In this document: in pieces, positions 48,461 to 49,616 of the stretch | Layout: each line of letters opens with the position of its first letter | How positions within the stretch are numbered: position 1 is the first letter of the stretch | Virus record (IMG/VR): IMGVR_UViG_3300045988_013611 | Strand: one strand, 5' to 3' | Length of the DNA stretch: 49,616 nucleotides | Origin: a virus | The notes under the pieces: model-generated | Seen by the model: the letters and a program-made list of their open reading frames with translations, nothing else | What the model was told of the DNA's origin: nothing | Databases searched by the model: none | Program-made: the position numbers and the translations under genes

Positions 48461-49115
48461 TTGATTCCTCCTCTGTTCTCACCCCCAGCATCATCAGCGC
48501 CGCCGCGTACTGCGCCGCCTCCATCTGCGCCGCCTCCGCCGCCGTGGTGGGATAAAACGCTTTGATATAGCCGGAAGAATCACTTATGACCGACAGGTTG
48601 ATATCTACCGGCCCGTGCGACGGCGTAATGTCGTAGGTTTTGCTTACATTCGAGGTCACTACGCGAGTATTGTTCACCTCAATAATGCCCAGCGGGGACG
48701 GCGTACCCACAACACTGAGGGTGATCTTCGTCCCCGGCTCCACCACAAGCGTTGCGGGATTGTAATACGTTGTTCCGTTGATGATCGCGCTGGCCTTAAT
48801 GGTTGTGTGGTTAGCAAGGCCAGTGCCTGTGATATTCACCGTCATGCCGTATTCCAGCGTCACACTGTACACGCCGCCCTCCTGCGTCACCTCCACCGTG
48901 GCGGTGTCGCTGTCGGTGCCCCGGGTGGCTGTCACGGTGTACGTCCCCAGGGCGTCCGCATAGATGCCCCAGCGGCCGTTATGCTCCGCGGCGGTGTAGC
49001 TCTTGCCATTGCATACCGCCGTCACAGCGGAGCCGGTGGGCGCAGTGACGACGATCACCGCCACCGGGGGCTTCGAGGTTCCACCACCGCCGCCCAGTCT
49101 CATAATATTTGCCAT
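48450..49115 (-). CDS. Hypothetical tail-associated beta-rich protein
   Basis: 221 aa. Follows the fibre gene. Confidence 0.5.
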   Translation of the reverse strand: MANIMRLGGGGGTSKPPVAVIVVTAPTGSAVTAVCNGKSYTAAEHNGRWGIYADALGTYTVTATRGTDSDTATVEVTQEGGVYSVTLEYGMTVNITGTGLANHTTIKASAIINGTTYYNPATLVVEPGTKITLSVVGTPSPLGIIEVNNTRVVTSNVSKTYDITPSHGPVDINLSVISDSSGYIKAFYPTTAAEAAQMEAAQYAAALMMLGVRTEEESNEN

Positions 49116-49117
49116 TT

Positions 49118-49616
49118 TTAATCCCCCCTCAGTATGATTCGAATCGGCAGGTCGATGGTGGGCTTGGTGCCGAACGCTTTCAGGGTAACGGTGCCCGCCG
49201 CCTGTCCGCCGTCCTGAATGTTGGCCGCCTGCAATGCCGCCAGCTGCTCCGCCGTGATGTCCAGCGCGGGCAGCAGCTCCTGATGGCTGTCCGCCGTCAC
49301 GCCTGTTACGCTCAGTGTGTAGCTGTAAGGTGCGCTGTCACCCGTCCAGCCGGAGGCCAGCAGCGTGGCTTCAGTCGTGGTGGTGGTCGGCGTATTGCTC
49401 AAGCTGTTATAGTCGCCGTCAAAGCTGCTGGTACCAGCGCCAATATTCTCCCTTGCCTGCTGTTTTTGCGCATCGGTAAGGGTCTGGACGCCTGCTGTAA
49501 GGACTTCACCTGTATTGAGTATCATTTTTGTTGCATCCGTGCGCAGAGTGTCCTTATCGGTCAGGGAAAGATCGCGTGCATCATATTCCCCTGAAGAGTT
49601 CGGGCCAAAAAAAAAC
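49118..49616 (-). CDS. Tail fibre protein, 3' portion (continuation of 1..932 across the circular junction)
   Basis: Same frame across the 141-bp overlap. Stop at 49118. Confidence 0.8.
   Translation of the reverse strand, partial: FFFGPNSSGEYDARDLSLTDKDTLRTDATKMILNTGEVLTAGVQTLTDAQKQQARENIGAGTSSFDGDYNSLSNTPTTTTTEATLLASGWTGDSAPYSYTLSVTGVTADSHQELLPALDITAEQLAALQAANIQDGGQAAGTVTLKAFGTKPTIDLPIRIILRGD
49476..49616. repeat. Terminal overlap, copy 2
   Basis: Identical to 1-141. Confidence 0.95.

Noticed and set aside
1-49616. A diversity-generating retroelement, retron or other reverse-transcriptase-based system near the fibre genes
   Set aside because: No ORF on either strand carries RT motifs (for example YxDD). 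I also found no template/variable repeat pair among the fibre genes.

Overview
The window is a complete, circularly closed temperate siphovirus-type phage genome. Bases 1-141 are identical to 49476-49616, so the unique length is about 49,475 bp. The host is probably a fairly high-GC Firmicute or Clostridia-like bacterium; this is inferred from AGGAGG-type ribosome-binding sites (RBS), SleB/SPOR/YjcZ-like motifs and an attP derived from a tRNA. Nearly all genes lie on the minus strand and are tightly coupled through ATGA/TGATG stop-start overlaps. The minus-strand modules are: terS-terL-portal-minor capsid-scaffold-decoration-MCP-connectors-major tail-chaperone-Gp15-TMP-Dit-Tal-fibres (an A118/SPP1-like order, 20802 down to 1, wrapping to 49118); a lysis cassette (48460-46800); a seven- to eight-gene cargo island (46391-43129); and an early region (38926-23120). 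The early region carries a Rad52-like annealase plus YqaJ exonuclease, SSB, a RusA-like resolvase, three DNA methyltransferases, an HNH homing endonuclease, a Lar-like protein, MazG, an SPFH protein and a SleB-like hydrolase. The lysogeny module is an AT-rich plus-strand block (39193-42900) that ends in a tyrosine integrase next to a tRNA-Val 3' fragment (attP). Five things stand out. (1) A roughly 760-nt ORF-free, hairpin-dense gap (22092-22849) lies beside a tRNA-like gene with an aberrant anticodon arm. The leader of that gene is perfectly complementary over 19 nt to the RBS and start regions of early genes. (2) A cytosine-5 methyltransferase has a circularly permuted motif order (III-X then I-II) and a repeated target-recognition region, is flanked by duplication scars, and is followed by an HNH endonuclease gene that carries a copy of its own upstream flank. 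(3) A protein contains 12 near-identical 24-bp (octapeptide) repeats. (4) Six phased G5 tracts and a separate iteron-rich AT gap sit in a replication module that has no recognisable helicase, primase or initiator. (5) A minor-capsid protein carries an AT-rich C-terminal toxin-like domain followed by a small immunity-like gene. All functional calls rest on motifs read by eye from the ORF translations; no searches were run.
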